Assembly (NCBI GenBank): GCA_964016885.1
Contig: OZ024762.1
Span: 25,606,001 to 25,670,000, forward strand
Source: Eledone cirrhosa
Lineage: Eukaryota
DNA length: 64,000 nucleotides
Reading direction: 5' to 3'
This document shows, in pieces, positions 1 through 13,556 of the stretch; position 1 is the first letter of the stretch, and the number at the start of each line of letters is the position of its first letter. The position numbers were made by a program, and so were the translations under genes. The notes under the pieces were generated by a model. The model was not told the origin of the DNA, searched no databases, and saw nothing but the letters and a program-made list of their open reading frames with translations.

Positions 1-138
1 TAGCGTTAAAGCAGAACGGTAATTATGTTATTATACACTATAGATATATAATTAAAAAAATAATAAAAAAAGCTAAGATATACGTAACTAATAATATATT
101 ATGTTATTATACAGATACACTTATTTGCAAAAAATTGC

Positions 139-654
139 TAAGTTGCCCAAAACATTGCTAAATTAAACACTAAAATTCTAAAACAAAACCAGCATAATGA
201 TCTTAATAATAGCGTTAACATAAATGATACTAAACCAAAATGTAATTCTAGAAATAAAACTGACTGCCCTCTGCAAAATAATTGTCTAGATAGTAATTTG
301 GTTTATAAATGCACCGTAAAAACTGATCACAACACATACAACTACATAGGATCGACTTCTTCTACATTTAAAGCCAGATTTGCGAAGTATAAATGCTCAT
401 TTTCGAACTCCAAGAGAAAATCATCCACTTCTTTATCACAGCTAATATGGTCATTAAAAGAGAGGAATTTAAAATACTCCATTCTTTGGACGAAACTTCG
501 GAATTGTGGAGTTTACCGCAACTCAAGTATATCAAGTAATTGCGCGCTCGGTACAATGGAGAGCCTGTTGATTATTAATAACTATGAGACCCTAATTAGC
601 AAAAAAGTGAATTATTCTCTAATTGCCTTCATAAAGCTATGTCTACATTCCTAG
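139..654 (+). pseudogene. PLE GIY-YIG endonuclease remnant
   Basis: ORF 298-654 VYKC..YIG..FKARF..LSQLIW; frameshifted tail; linker Cys mutated. Confidence 0.8.
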
Positions 655-1803
655 CCTCCCATAAGACCAGAAAAAAAAACACTAAGCCATTAAACTTGGT
701 TTTTAGACGTAAATAATCAACAGGTGAAAACCTTAATGGCCTTTAATATTGCTTTATCTTATAACTATCTATAGAGGAAATAACGCTCGAATGAATGACA
801 CTTGTTCAATAACACGCTGACACGTTGATATACACAACATAATACTATTAACTTTGATCCATACCATTATTTCTCTATCTTTATTTTCCTATCTAAGTTT
901 TAATTTTAGTTTAAATATTCAACCTGTAAATTTTTACGGAACTTATTTTTAACTGTGAATCATTCATGTGTTTACACTTTTTTATTTATAATATGTATGT
1001 ATTTAACTTTAGCACGTTGAAATCTATTATATAAGATTATAATCGTTATCATTTATCAAAAGTATACTGTATCACTAATACTTAGTATATCTCTCTATAC
1101 CTAATTTTGTAAGTTTTTAAATATACCTACCTTTATATTTAAATATAGTGCAAATATCCAACCTGTATATTTTTACGGACCTTATTTTGAACTGTGAATC
1201 ACCCATGCGTTTACATTTTTTTTAAATATAGGTATGTATTTAACTTTAGCACGTTGAAATCTATTATATAAGATTATAACCGTTATCATTTACCAAAAGT
1301 ATACTGTATCACTAATACTTAGTATATCTCTCTATACCTAATTTTTAGATAATTTTAAAATTTTTAGATTATTTATTTTGAACTGTGAATACTTCATTTC
1401 TTTACACTCTTTTATATATATATGTATGTATTTAACTTTAGCATGTTTGAATCTATTATTTTATATTCTTTATCATTTACCTAAAGTATACTGGCTCATT
1501 AATATTTAGTATATCTCTCTATACCTAATTTTTATTTTTGCAAATAAGGGTATCTGTATAATAACATGATCATAGTATTAGTTACGTATATCTCAGCTTT
1601 TGTGTTTTTTTTTGCATATATATCTATAATGTATAATAACATAATTACCGTTTCGTTTAACGCTATATATAGTTCTTACCGATATATAGTTTGTGCAAAT
1701 ATAGATATTTGTACAATAGCATATTTATTATAGCTATCATGAAGGTAGAACTTATATAGAGATTTAATATAATGTAACAAATATTAATTTATTACCATAA
1801 TTC

Positions 1804-1885
<82 letters not shown>

Positions 1886-2548
1886 TGGCTGAAAACTGCG
1901 TTAATCATTACGCTAACTACTTGACAATTAATCTTTAGATATTTCTAAAAATAAGTACTTTATATGCTTTACATACCGAAAATGTTGACATTCTTATAGG
2001 TAATTTTCGCTAAAGATTACATTTAGGAAAATATTCAACAGTGTAAATTTTCCTTTCGCTTGTCAGGTAAATCCTTTAAATTTTGTCCTCATAAAATTCA
2101 GAATTTTAGAAATGTTAACACATTTATAGAATTTATAAAATGAATAAATATAAATAACCATCAACTTTTAAAAAAACTTAAAATTTTGATTTTTCACCCT
2201 TAAAATAACATAAATTAAATATTTTGAAACTTAACCGTTTAGCCTTTAAGGAAAAAAAATGTCTGCATATATTACTCCCCTTTATCTCTCCTTCTCTTAA
2301 ATCTATCAGTGGCCTTCATAAATAGTTATAATTCAAGTGACGTTTTCCTAGATAACCATAACTTGTAGTTTAAATTCTCTATAGCTGTCACATTAAGCAA
2401 CGTTTTTCATACTCACACATCCTCTATTGAATTTATTACATTTTCGCATTTTCTCATTATTAGGGTATAAATGTTGAGTTTTCTCTTAGGTTAATCACTA
2501 CCTTGATTAAATCTTAACCATTTAACATCTCAGGGTATGTCATGTATC

Positions 2549-2612
2549 ATTATATTTTGTCTGATGAGGACGTACTGTTGTACCTCTGAAATATGTATAA
2601 TAAAATTTAATT
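2549..2612 (+). ncRNA. Type I hammerhead ribozyme (PLE 3' end)
   Basis: CTGATGA 2561-2567, stem II gacgtac/gtac, GAAA 2588-2591, TATGTATA; a better-paired copy is at 49845-49907. Confidence 0.7.
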
Positions 2613-2846
2613 GATCAAAAGAACATCTATTTTATTAATATTTGTATTTATATATATATATATATACACATTTATTCATACACATTATATATATAAATCT
2701 GTACACAGGCACGCAGATATAAATATATATATATATATATATAAAGTCATAAATATATGTGTTTTGCAACGGGTCACTTTGTGGCTCAATGAAGAATTAA
2801 TAAATTAAATAATCACAGCTATCATTAATTGTCTAAATTTGAGCTA

Positions 2847-2924
2847 ACTTCCTGAAGAATCCGAAGCTCTAGATATCCAATGTTATCGGATGTCTTACAA
2901 TGTGGATGAAACCATGGTAGAGGT
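2847..2924 (+). ncRNA. Type I hammerhead ribozyme in a TA-flanked ~2740-3200 fragment
   Basis: ACTTC-CTGAAGA-ATCC...GGAT-GAAA-CCATGG-TA-GAGGT; palindromic stem III. Confidence 0.8.
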
Positions 2925-3199
2925 AATTAAATATGTACACTTTTCTTCTAGTTTATTTTACACCTAATTGTGTTTTGTTGACTGTATATCTGGTCGATTT
3001 ATAGATGCTGTCGAAATATTCGATAAATGATCCGTCGTAACCGCCGCGAAGGGGCTGCTTTCAGTTATTTGTCGGAGATTTCTTCATAGGAGCCTTTATT
3101 CTTATAGCTTGGTCTAATTAATTTTTTATATGGTTAATTATGCTAATTGGGAGAGGAAACGGTATATATTTTATCTGGTGATTCTATAGACATGTTTTG

Positions 3200-3251
<52 letters not shown>

Positions 3252-3844
3252 GCGTGCGTGTGTACAGATATATGTACATATTTTTTTAATGTCTTATTGC
3301 AAGATATATAACTATATAACACTTTTGGTATCAACACATATACAGTATATATATCGACAAGTTACTACAGTGAAATATATGGCAACATTTAATTAACTAT
3401 TTAGATACTTTTCAATAATGTATACCTCTTTCAAATGTCTAACGTTATTTCACTTACACATATGTACTTACATATTCTCCATGACACTTTCCGATTGGTG
3501 CAAACGTACATTAAACTGAGAGTGTTTTATTATTTTCATGGTTTCTGTTGTTCTGCGGCATTTGCTTACCTTTTACTAATAAAAACACCTAACATCGTGC
3601 AACAATAAATTAGTTATGCATGACTATAAGACATCTTATCTTCTGCCATATATAATTATGTAACACATGAAATATTTAGATCTCAAAGGCCTTAACATAT
3701 ACAGTTATTTACATTTTAAAGTAGTGTACTTTTATACGTGGTACGGCGTTTACAGTGTATTTAGATGTGTTGGATTATACTCTCCACAATTCACACATAT
3801 CATACATATATACATACATATATTCATAAATATACATAATTAAT

Positions 3845-3887
<43 letters not shown>

Positions 3888-3967
3888 GCAATAAGTGAAC
3901 AGAAGTGACAAAGCAGACAATACGATACAAGAAATGTATGTTCGTATCTATGTTTCTCTATTCATGA

Positions 3968-3998
<31 letters not shown>

Positions 3999-4141
3999 CA
4001 TGTGTGAGTGTGTGTGCGTGTGTATATATATATATATATATATATATGTTTCTAAAGCAGAATTAAATGATTTAATTGGAAAGTATCACGAAAAATATTT
4101 ACCAGACAAACAAATCATACATACCTACGTACCTATAAATC

Positions 4142-4177
<36 letters not shown>

Positions 4178-4413
4178 ATATATATATATATACATATATA
4201 CACACATATATATGTCCATCAAATACATATATATATATATGAGTATATACACATATATATATATACATGTCCATCAAATACATATATATATATATGAGTA
4301 TATACACATATATATATGAGTATATATATATACATGTATATATATATATACACACATATATATATACTTATATGTATATATATATATACATATGTATACA
4401 TACACATACATAC

Positions 4414-4476
<63 letters not shown>

Positions 4477-4564
4477 ATATATATATATATTCATATATAC
4501 ACATTTTACCAACCTCCACATTAATATAAATCTATTCCTAGCCCCGGTCGCTCTTTCTCTCTTT

Positions 4565-4643
<79 letters not shown>

Positions 4644-4666
4644 CTCATATACATATATACATATAT

Positions 4667-4702
<36 letters not shown>

Positions 4703-5073
4703 TCATATACATATATACATATACTCATATACATATATACACACATATATATATATATATATAAATATATAAATATATATATGAGTACATCCATCCATCC
4801 CTACAACATTAGCTGGTTTCCTCTCTGTATTGCTGTGTAGGTGAATATTTAGTCTCACGTCTCTTTATATCTAATTGAAATTTATAGTAAACAGAAATAA
4901 AAAGTTAGTAATTTTAATTTTCTTGACATCAACTGACAACAGATGTTTTCTTTTAATTGTCTTACGTAGCACGTTTTTATCTCTGACTCTATTAGTTTTG
5001 TTTATGTTTCATTTGGTATCACAATAGTATGGCTATATACACATATATATATACACGAGAGAGCATAGTTGTT

Positions 5074-5138
<65 letters not shown>

Positions 5139-5288
5139 CATATATATGAAAAGTGTAATTTTCTACACAAAACGAAGCTTATAGAGAACATTGAGGTTGG
5201 TAATGGCACATGGAATATATAAGAGACAGAATACTTTTTTGTGAAAAAACATATAATTTTATAAGGTAAGGAAATAATAAAGGGTATA

Positions 5289-5338
5289 AAAAATGACCGG
5301 TTTCGATGGGTCTGCAAAAGCCCTCTTTTCAAATGTTG
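5289..5338 (-). ncRNA. Degenerate type I hammerhead
   Basis: TTGAAAA-GAGGGC..ACCCATC-GAAA-CCGG-TC; core deviates from CUGANGA. Confidence 0.5.
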
Positions 5339-5782
5339 ATTAATATTAAGAAAAATTAATAATAAGAAGAGTTAAAACTTGAGATTTGAAAATTCAAGTA
5401 TAAAATTCATTGTGGGATTTCATAGTAGTTTTCATCTAGGTAGCAGCAAGTTGACTGCTGTGTCCCTTTCTGGTAGTGAATGAGAAGTTATTTGGGGTGT
5501 GGGTTATTTTATAAAGGTCAGATTTAGCGATGGCCAACTGGCCAGCTGCTGGTCAGTGAGGGGTTGGAAGCAATATACATACACATATCTTCCTGTGGTG
5601 GGTAGGAGAGTGGAGCGTGATAGAAAGGGATTTAGTGCACTTACACCTATATATACACACATACCTTCATCCACACATACATACATATACATATATATAT
5701 ATATACATATACATATACACACATACATACACACACACATATACATATACATACACACATACACACACATATATATACACAT

Positions 5783-5827
<45 letters not shown>

Positions 5828-6509
5828 TATATATACATACACATACATCCAGATACACACATACATACACACACACACACACACATATATATATACACAT
5901 ATATATATATATATATATACACATACACACACACACCCCCACACATACATACACACACACACACACATATATATATATACATACACACATACAAACATAT
6001 ATATACACATACACACACATATATATACACACACACACGCGCATATATATATATATATACACATACGCATACATCCAGATACACACATACATACACACAC
6101 ACACACGCACACACAATACATACATCCACATGCACACACATACACACACACACACATATACACATACATACACCCACACACAGAGAAATGGCCTCCAAAT
6201 ATATATATATATATACATACAGACACATATATTTTTTCCATAAGAAGTTGGGACAGTGAAATTAAAATACAAGTCATTCTGATCACATTGAGTTCTTCAT
6301 GTAGATTGGGCCCCGCAACCGACAGTGGTGAATTCTGTGTGCGCATATATATATAGATATATGTGTGTGCACGTGCAGGGTTTAACATGGATGTGTTGGT
6401 CACACAAAGGCATGGTCTGTCAACGAATAAACCTGATTCTACAGAATTGGTCTCTGGTCTTTAATAGTAGTGATTCCGTGCGTATGTGTGTTTATATTTT
6501 ATGACAATT

Positions 6510-7367
6510 CTATTGGGGTGATAACCCGTTTAGTTTTGGTTTAAATTTGTTAAGGAATAGATTTTCTTTGTTTATTCTTTGTTGCTGTGTGAACGAATCT
6601 GAGCACTTGTAGAAGGGGAAGATTTTAAAGTTGGGTAGTGTCATTCCTGCGCAGTTCGCAATATGGCTGCTCAAGGGGATTTTTCTTGTGTTAGCGTCCC
6701 GGATTTGTTGGCGGTGGATGGTCATTCTTTTGCGTAATGAGTGCCCGTCTGTCCTATGTAGTTGTGTTTGCACCCACCGCAAATTATTGCGTAAATCAAG
6801 TTCTCCGAGTTGCAGGTGAAATTGTTTTTTACTGTAAATGTTTGGCCATCTTTGAATGTAAATCTTTTTCCTTCAGTGAGGTAGAGGCACGTTCCACAGT
6901 TTGTTCTACCACATTTGGTAACTGTAGGGTTGAGGATTGGTTTGGGTATATTTGGTCCAGTGAGAATGCGTTTAAGTGATTTGGGTTGTCTTTTACTTTT
7001 AAGGATCTTGTGTGTTTCAAGAATAGACTTCATTTTTACATCTTTAAGTAGGATGGGGAGGTTTTTGTGTAGGTGATCAAACATTTCGGTATTTCTGGGG
7101 TTGAAAGTGGATACATATGGCAGGGTGTTGAGTGTGGTTTTCTGTTTTGGATTGTTAAGTTGATGGGGATTTAGGTGTTTTGCCCTGTCTATTCCATTGT
7201 TGATTATTTCAAGTGGAAAGGCTCTTAAGATAAGGGTGTCTTTTAGTTCCTTTAGTCTTTGCTCCCGTTTAGGTGGATCTGATACTATGGTACATATACG
7301 TTTGGCCAAATTGTAAGGAATGTTAAGTTTTGTATGTTTTGGGTGACTTGATGTGAAAAAGAGGTAT
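6510..7367 (-). pseudogene. PLE RT thumb plus GIY-YIG endonuclease, frameshift near 6738
   Basis: ORFs 6722-7309 and 6510-6782 join at YIGQTG/LRKRMT. Confidence 0.88.
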
Positions 7368-7468
7368 TATATATTATATATTATATATTATATATATATA
7401 TATATTAGGTATAGGATTACCCAAGATGTAGTAATGGTTAATTATGTCTACCTGTTATTATTCATTCT

Positions 7469-7539
<71 letters not shown>

Positions 7540-7546
<7 letters not shown>

Positions 7547-10500
7547 TCAGGTTATCAATAATGTAGTGATAATATATCGTTACGTTAGAGATGAACAGCG
7601 TACGTGCAGGTTTGCTCAACGAGTATAAATTATATTCCGGAGAAATGTAGAAAGGATGAATATAAAATGAAAGTGCTTTTGTTAAAAAAGGAATTTGTTA
7701 GGTATTGACATATGTTTCTGTAACAGACCGAATACCTATGTATCGCTGCTTGCGTAATCATATAATGTTAGCAAGTATTCGAAAGCAAATGTATAATCAG
7801 TTGTCACTTCTTGAGAGATTTTGGATAAACTGGATAAAATCAGAAAAATTGAAGTATTTATATTAGTAAAAGAGGAAGGAACAGAGGGGATAGAATATGA
7901 CAGATGGTAAAATAATTTACTGCTAAACAAGTATATAATGGGTTTTTAATGAGAATACCATGAGTAAATCTAAATAAGAATTTTGGGAGTGCCAATTTTA
8001 ATCTCTACTTGACCAACTGGACAGTGGACAGGGCTGGTCATTTGGTGCAGTAGTATTAATTATAAAGTGTCAATTGGGGAAGGGGGAGATTTCGATTGCT
8101 ACTAAATAACATCAATGCTAGTAGCCAGCTGGTATATGCACTAGGGAATTGAATCAAGAAATCAGAAATCTCATTTTATCTATAGTAGTTTGTATTAAAA
8201 GGTAAATAATAGAAGAGTTGATAGAATTAAGACTAATAAAGAATGTTCATATCTATTTTGACAATCAAACGGGGATAGAGACAGGCGTTCAATCCTGGTA
8301 GTATTTATAATATGAAAATGTAGATTTTAAGCGATGGTTACAGTATAACGATCGCTCTATTCTGTTATTTAATAAAATGTTTTTGGATTTCATAATACAA
8401 AATAATTCTACATTACATAATTTACAAAATTCCTGTCCATTGGATTATGGGGGGCAGTCTCTATTATATCCCATTTTAGGTGAAATTGTTGGTTATTTTC
8501 ACGCAGCTGCCAAGCCTTGTCTGCGAGTGTTGTTACATAACGCTGGTTTTCATGTTTTATCGAATAACGATGTCTATAAAGGCGTGATTTGAAGGAGGTG
8601 GCTGTAGATCCCACATAGTACCACTTCTGTCTATCCGATTCGATAGTACATTTGTATACGATGTTGCGTTCAAGACACTGATTGTTCAACGGACACATTC
8701 CTGGTTGGATACAGTTGCAATTACAATTTTGCGTTGTTGTATTGCCATGGATGGGTTGATGAGGTTGCTTATGTAGGACAGGATGTTGTTTGTTGTTTTG
8801 TGATGTTATAGCTAATGTTTTACGTGTATTGTTATGTGTTGGAAGGCGTTTATACAACCGTTTTGCGTTAAGCTTTTTTATATGTTGTTCAATATTAGGG
8901 GCGGTTGAATATGAAAGTCGAATAGTGTTAGGGTTTAAGATTTTATTATATTTATGTGATGTTGGAAAGTGTTTTCTAACTAATCGAAAGAATGTTGAGG
9001 GTAGATTGGTTTTAATAGATTTGTTATAGACCGGGTTGTACCAGATATACCCCTTACATCGCCTTCTGTTTGGTGGTGTGCGACTATTATTGTGTCTATT
9101 GCGGTAGTGTATGTATGGTGGTGATTCTGTGCTATTTCTACTCCTATGTGATTTATTTTGGGTGTTTTGGTGATCATTGACTATATACTCTATATTATCT
9201 AGGTGACCGGCTTTCCTAAGTGCATCATCATAATACTCGGCATGTTCTTTGAAGGTTTGTTGGTTGGACGATAGGCGGGAGATTCTAAGAGAAACATTTC
9301 TAGGGATGGATTTAATTATAGAGAGTGGATGGTTAGAACTCGTATTTACATATTTAAGGTTCTCATTTAGTTTATGGAACGGTTTAATCGTATCTGTATT
9401 GAGATTGAAAGTAACATCAAGGAAATTGACCTCTTTGAGGTTATATTCAAATGTAATATTTAATCCTAGTTCTTTAAAAAGTTTTCTGATATTTTTACGC
9501 ATCCTTTCTAAATTCTGGTTATTCATATGCTTAACTAATAGGAGCGCATCGTCACGGTAAATTCCACCGTGGAGATCCTTGAATTTTCCTTGTAATCTGT
9601 GGGTGATATAAATTCCCACAAGATCTGTTACTTCCGCCGAATCATTAGAACCCATAGTGATATCAAAATTAGAAGGTCTATCTTTGCGAACCCAGTAGCT
9701 ATCATCGAATTTAACTATAGTTTTTCTCGCTTCCATAATAATTTTAATTTCAGCATCCGTAAGGTCGGAATTATCCTTAGCGAACGAAAGAGCTTCATGT
9801 AGAGTATCAGGTGAAATTGAGGAATAATATTCATCAATATCAAACTGAATAAATTTTGATTTTTTCTTATCAGTAATGTTGTTAAACCATCTTATTGCTT
9901 CATGAGTGTTACCCCATAGTTTAATCTCTACTTTAACCTTAACTTGGGGGATAATTCTGTCTAGTATATATTTGCTAATTTTACCTATATCAGATTTAGA
10001 GGGGCATATAAGTCTAATATTAGGGTTAGTATCGAAGTTTACCTTGTGGTCCTTCAGGTTGAAGGATGGTATAGCTGGTGTTAAGGGTTGCGTTCTATCG
10101 TCAATACAAAGTTTTTTAACAATATCACATGCCGAGTGGTGATGTTTTTAAGTGTGGCTTCATTAGTTTTCCTGTATTTTTTATGCAATTCCTTACGGAT
10201 GAAGTTATTGTAAGTGTCCACATCCATGGTATATACGTTTGATGTTTTGTCTGCTCTAACAATAATTCCATTGGCGTTTTTTAGATTATTGAGCAGTGCC
10301 GTGATGTCATTCTGTAGTTTATTGTTCTTACGTTTTGTAAATTTGATCTCCATGATCATATCCATTAGGTCTTGTTCAAATGCATCCAAAAGTGGGTTTG
10401 AGGGTGGGTTCTTGTAAGATTTAAATCCAAATTTATCCTTGTTAAGATCCGATGTTTGGTTTATACGGCTTTTGTCAAAATGGAATGTTTTCCATCTGAT

Positions 10501-11423
10501 TCGTCGAATAAAATCATTGGTCCTTCGTATCATACCTAGAATATATTCCCTTTTTGCCTGAATAGGTATGTTTTTTAACGACATATCCAATTGGTGCCTT
10601 TCCATTTTAGAAGCGTATGCTGAATTAGTTGCTCAACTGTATAGGAGATTAATAAAATTTCAGGTTATCAATAATGTAGTGATAATATATCGTTACGTTA
10701 GAGATGAACAGCGTACGTGCAGGTTTGCTCAACGAGTATAAATTATATTCCGGAGAAATGTAGAAAGGATGAATATAAAATGAAAGTGCTTTTGTTAAAA
10801 TCCCCGTTTGATTGTCAAAATAGATATGAACATTCTTTATTAGTCTTAATTCCATCAACTCTTCTATTATTTACCTTTTAATACAAACTGCTATAGATAA
10901 AATGAGATTTCTGATTTCTTGATTCAATTCCCTAGTGCATATACCAGCTGGCTACTAGAATTGATGTTATTTAGTAGCAATCGAAATCTCCCCCTTCCCC
11001 AATTGACACTTTATAATTAATACTACTGCACCAAATGACCAGCCCTGTCCACTGTCCAGTTGGTCAAGTAGAGATTAAAATTGGCACTCCCAAAATTCAT
11101 ATTTAGATTTACTCATGGTATTCTCATTAAAAACCCATTATATACTTGTTTAGCAGTAAATTATTTTACCATCTGTCATATTCTATCCCCTCTGTTCCTT
11201 CCTCTTTTACTAATATAAATACTTCAATTTTTCTGATTTTATCCAGTTTATCCAAAATCTCTGAAGAAGTGACAACTGATTATACATTTGCTTTCGAATA
11301 CTTGCTAACATTATATGATTACGCAAGCAGCGATACATAGGTATTCGGTCTGTTACAGAAATATATGTCAATACCTAATAAATTTCTTTTTTAACAAAAG
11401 CACTTTCATTTTATATTCATCCT

Positions 11424-11430
<7 letters not shown>
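7540..11430 (-). mobile_element. Near full-length Hydra-clade-like PLE with direct partial pLTR (7540-7687 = 10654-10800) and inverted 5' copy (10800-11428 = reverse complement of ~8275-7648)
   Basis: Direct and inverted repeats read in the sequence; (TA)n on both sides; complete RT-EN reading frame. Confidence 0.92.
8289..10605 (-). pseudogene. PLE RT-GIY-YIG ORF with two frameshifts (~10140, ~8445)
   Basis: SLKNIP, FIRRIRWK, FGFKS, ADKT, FIQFDI.EYY, FDITMGS.DSAE, GIYRDD, FLDV, SNHP, CNCx5CPLx3C, VYKC..YVGS..FKSR, CKLC; TGA at 8289-8291. Confidence 0.92.
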
Positions 11431-11461
<31 letters not shown>

Positions 11462-11769
11462 CAAGAAAGAAGAGTGACATGGTTTGCTATACATTAAGGG
11501 CTTTATTCACATTGCTGACAATTGTTTCTCTGAACTGAAAGGTCTAGAGATCGCTACCCGCCTGTTTTTGCGTCAATCGATCACCAATACTCCAAGTATA
11601 AACTACATAGAAATCACCGCGTACTCGCAGCATCACTATGGAAATGTCTTGTTGAGTCAAACTTAGCCAAGCGTTAGTACCATCCACTACTCGGAGTACC
11701 TTAACTGGACTACATCTAAGTGGACTACCTATAACAATAATTTGTTATCCCGTATATATATATATATAT

Positions 11770-11961
11770 AACGAAGGAAATGTGGTAAGGAACCAGGTGG
11801 ACCATAACGCACCAAAGTACTCAATACTTAGGGTAGTAGAGTGGGTAATAGGAACGAGTAGGACCCCGACGGCTGAGCTCAAGCCGTTTCGACGGCTAAT
11901 TCTGGACTCAGAATTAGCCGTCGAAACGGCTCGAGCTCAGCCGTCGGGGTCCTACTCGTTC

Positions 11962-11965
<4 letters not shown>
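11770..11965 (-). mobile_element. Fold-back mini-element family B (PLE-type 3' end with half-hammerhead)
   Basis: Palindrome 11848-11965 containing GAAA-CGGCT..AGCCG-TC-GGGGTCC; related copies at 43067, 44750 and 19120. Confidence 0.75.
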
Positions 11966-11993
<28 letters not shown>

Positions 11994-11994
11994 G

Positions 11995-12505
11995 AATTTA
12001 TGTATACCATATTTGGTAATATACTGTATGTTTAATTAAAAACATTTTGAAGACCTTGCGCTATTATTTTAAAGTAGTGACTATGTCACTTACTTCTTTT
12101 TTGCAGCAAAGGGAGGGAGAGAAGCTGACAGATTCTGTTTCACACTCTTGGTGTTCCTCAGAGCAACGACCTGTGCCAAAAATTATAGAGGCTGGATTCT
12201 TATAGAATTCCAGTAATAATCAGGAACTGATTATACATAGCGATTGCCGGTCCAGCAAAAATTAAAAATTAGGATTGGTACTCTGAAATATCATCCAGCC
12301 TCTATAATTTTCGGCAGAGGTCGGCGAGTACTTTGCTCTGAGGAACACCAAGAGTGTGAAACAGATCTGTCAGCTTATCTCCCTTCCTTTGCTGAAACAA
12401 AGAAGTAAGTGACATAGTCACTACTTTAAAATAATAGCGCAAGGTCTTCAAAATGATTTTAATTAAACATACAGTATATTATCAAATATACTATACATAC
12501 ATTCA
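11995..12505. mobile_element. Inverted-repeat element with an HHR in each arm
   Basis: Arms ~11995-12197 and ~12293-12505; GCT-CTGAGGA-ACAC/GTGT-GAAA-CAGATCTG-TC-AGC at 12335-12374 (+) and its mirror at ~12123-12164 (-). Confidence 0.75.
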
Positions 12506-12648
12506 TATATATGTGTGTGTGTGTGTGTGTAAGTGTGTGTGAGTGTGTAAATGTTTATATATATATTTATTTATATATATATATATTTATATATATGTAT
12601 ACATATATATACATATATGTATATATATGTATACATATATATAAAATT

Positions 12649-12707
<59 letters not shown>

Positions 12708-12710
<3 letters not shown>

Positions 12711-13014
12711 TGTTATGCTTTGGGAGGGTCATGTTGCCAATAAGAAACACACGCACCAGTTATTTCACTTCAATTTATTATAAATTTCCGGTTGGTCGGT
12801 TGCTTCTATAACCGGATGGTTCTTCATATATTGTCAAAGTTGAACAACCATCTGGTTATAGAACCACCAACCAACCGGAGATTTATAATAAATTGAAGTG
12901 AAAACACCGGTGCGTGTGTTTCTTATTGGCAACATGACCCTCCCAAAGTATAACAATACCGGTTTCAAAACACGTTTTCAGATAAGGAATCTTGCTAAAC
13001 AAATTCAGAAACGA
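12708..13014. repeat. ~250-bp imperfect palindrome plus ~56-nt tail, flanked by (TA)n
   Basis: 12708-12826 is the reverse complement of 12841-12958. Confidence 0.75.
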
Positions 13015-13023
13015 TATATATAC

Positions 13024-13092
<69 letters not shown>

Positions 13093-13468
13093 AGAAAACG
13101 AAAAATCAGTGATGCATCTGGACTTAAATTATTGCGTGTTACAATTGTTTCTCCGGCAGGAGGCTCGAGAGGTGGTCCTTGGATGGATCCGACTGATTCT
13201 ACTTCTGCAGGTTCATTCAGACACGAGTATTTCGTTAGGAGCAAATTTTATCACTGGGGTGTTATAAAAAAATACCCTAAAAAAAAACCTACCTCCACTT
13301 GTGTCCTGCCATTGGCTGTTTTTACTCCACGTCATCACAATTTCTGGTCAGTATCTACTGCCACACTGGTCATCAGCCATTTTCCGTCCGACACATTTCG
13401 ATGGAGTCATGCTGGGTTCAGCATCCCACACGTCTGTTCACACCTCATAATAAGCATCCGCACATACC

Positions 13469-13556
<88 letters not shown>

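Larger units (their letters stand above)
139..2650 (+). mobile_element. Penelope-like element (Hydra-clade-like), 5'-truncated: linker, GIY-YIG and long 3' region; 1-135 is an inverted copy of ~1530-1665
   Basis: Translation AQNIAKLN...KCNSRNKTDCPLQNNC...VYKC...YIGSTSSTFKARF; closely similar to the minus-strand copy at 47.1-48.3 kb; HHR at 2549-2612; ends in (TA)n. Confidence 0.85.
5150..7367 (-). mobile_element. Penelope-like element (Nematis/Neptune-like), 5'-truncated, with TG-rich 3' region
   Basis: YLFFTSSHPKHTKLNIP..LAKRICTIVSD thumb; KCGRTNCGTC linker; NLIYAIICGGCKHNYIGQT GIY-YIG; LRKRMTIHRQQI; degenerate HHR at 5289-5338. The 3' extent is inferred from the HHR. Confidence 0.75.

Noticed and set aside
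11510-11640. GAAA-CAATTG-TC half-hammerhead on minus (similar halves at ~17357 + and ~51737 -)
   Set aside because: No matching CUGANGA core or stem I found; not called as ribozymes.
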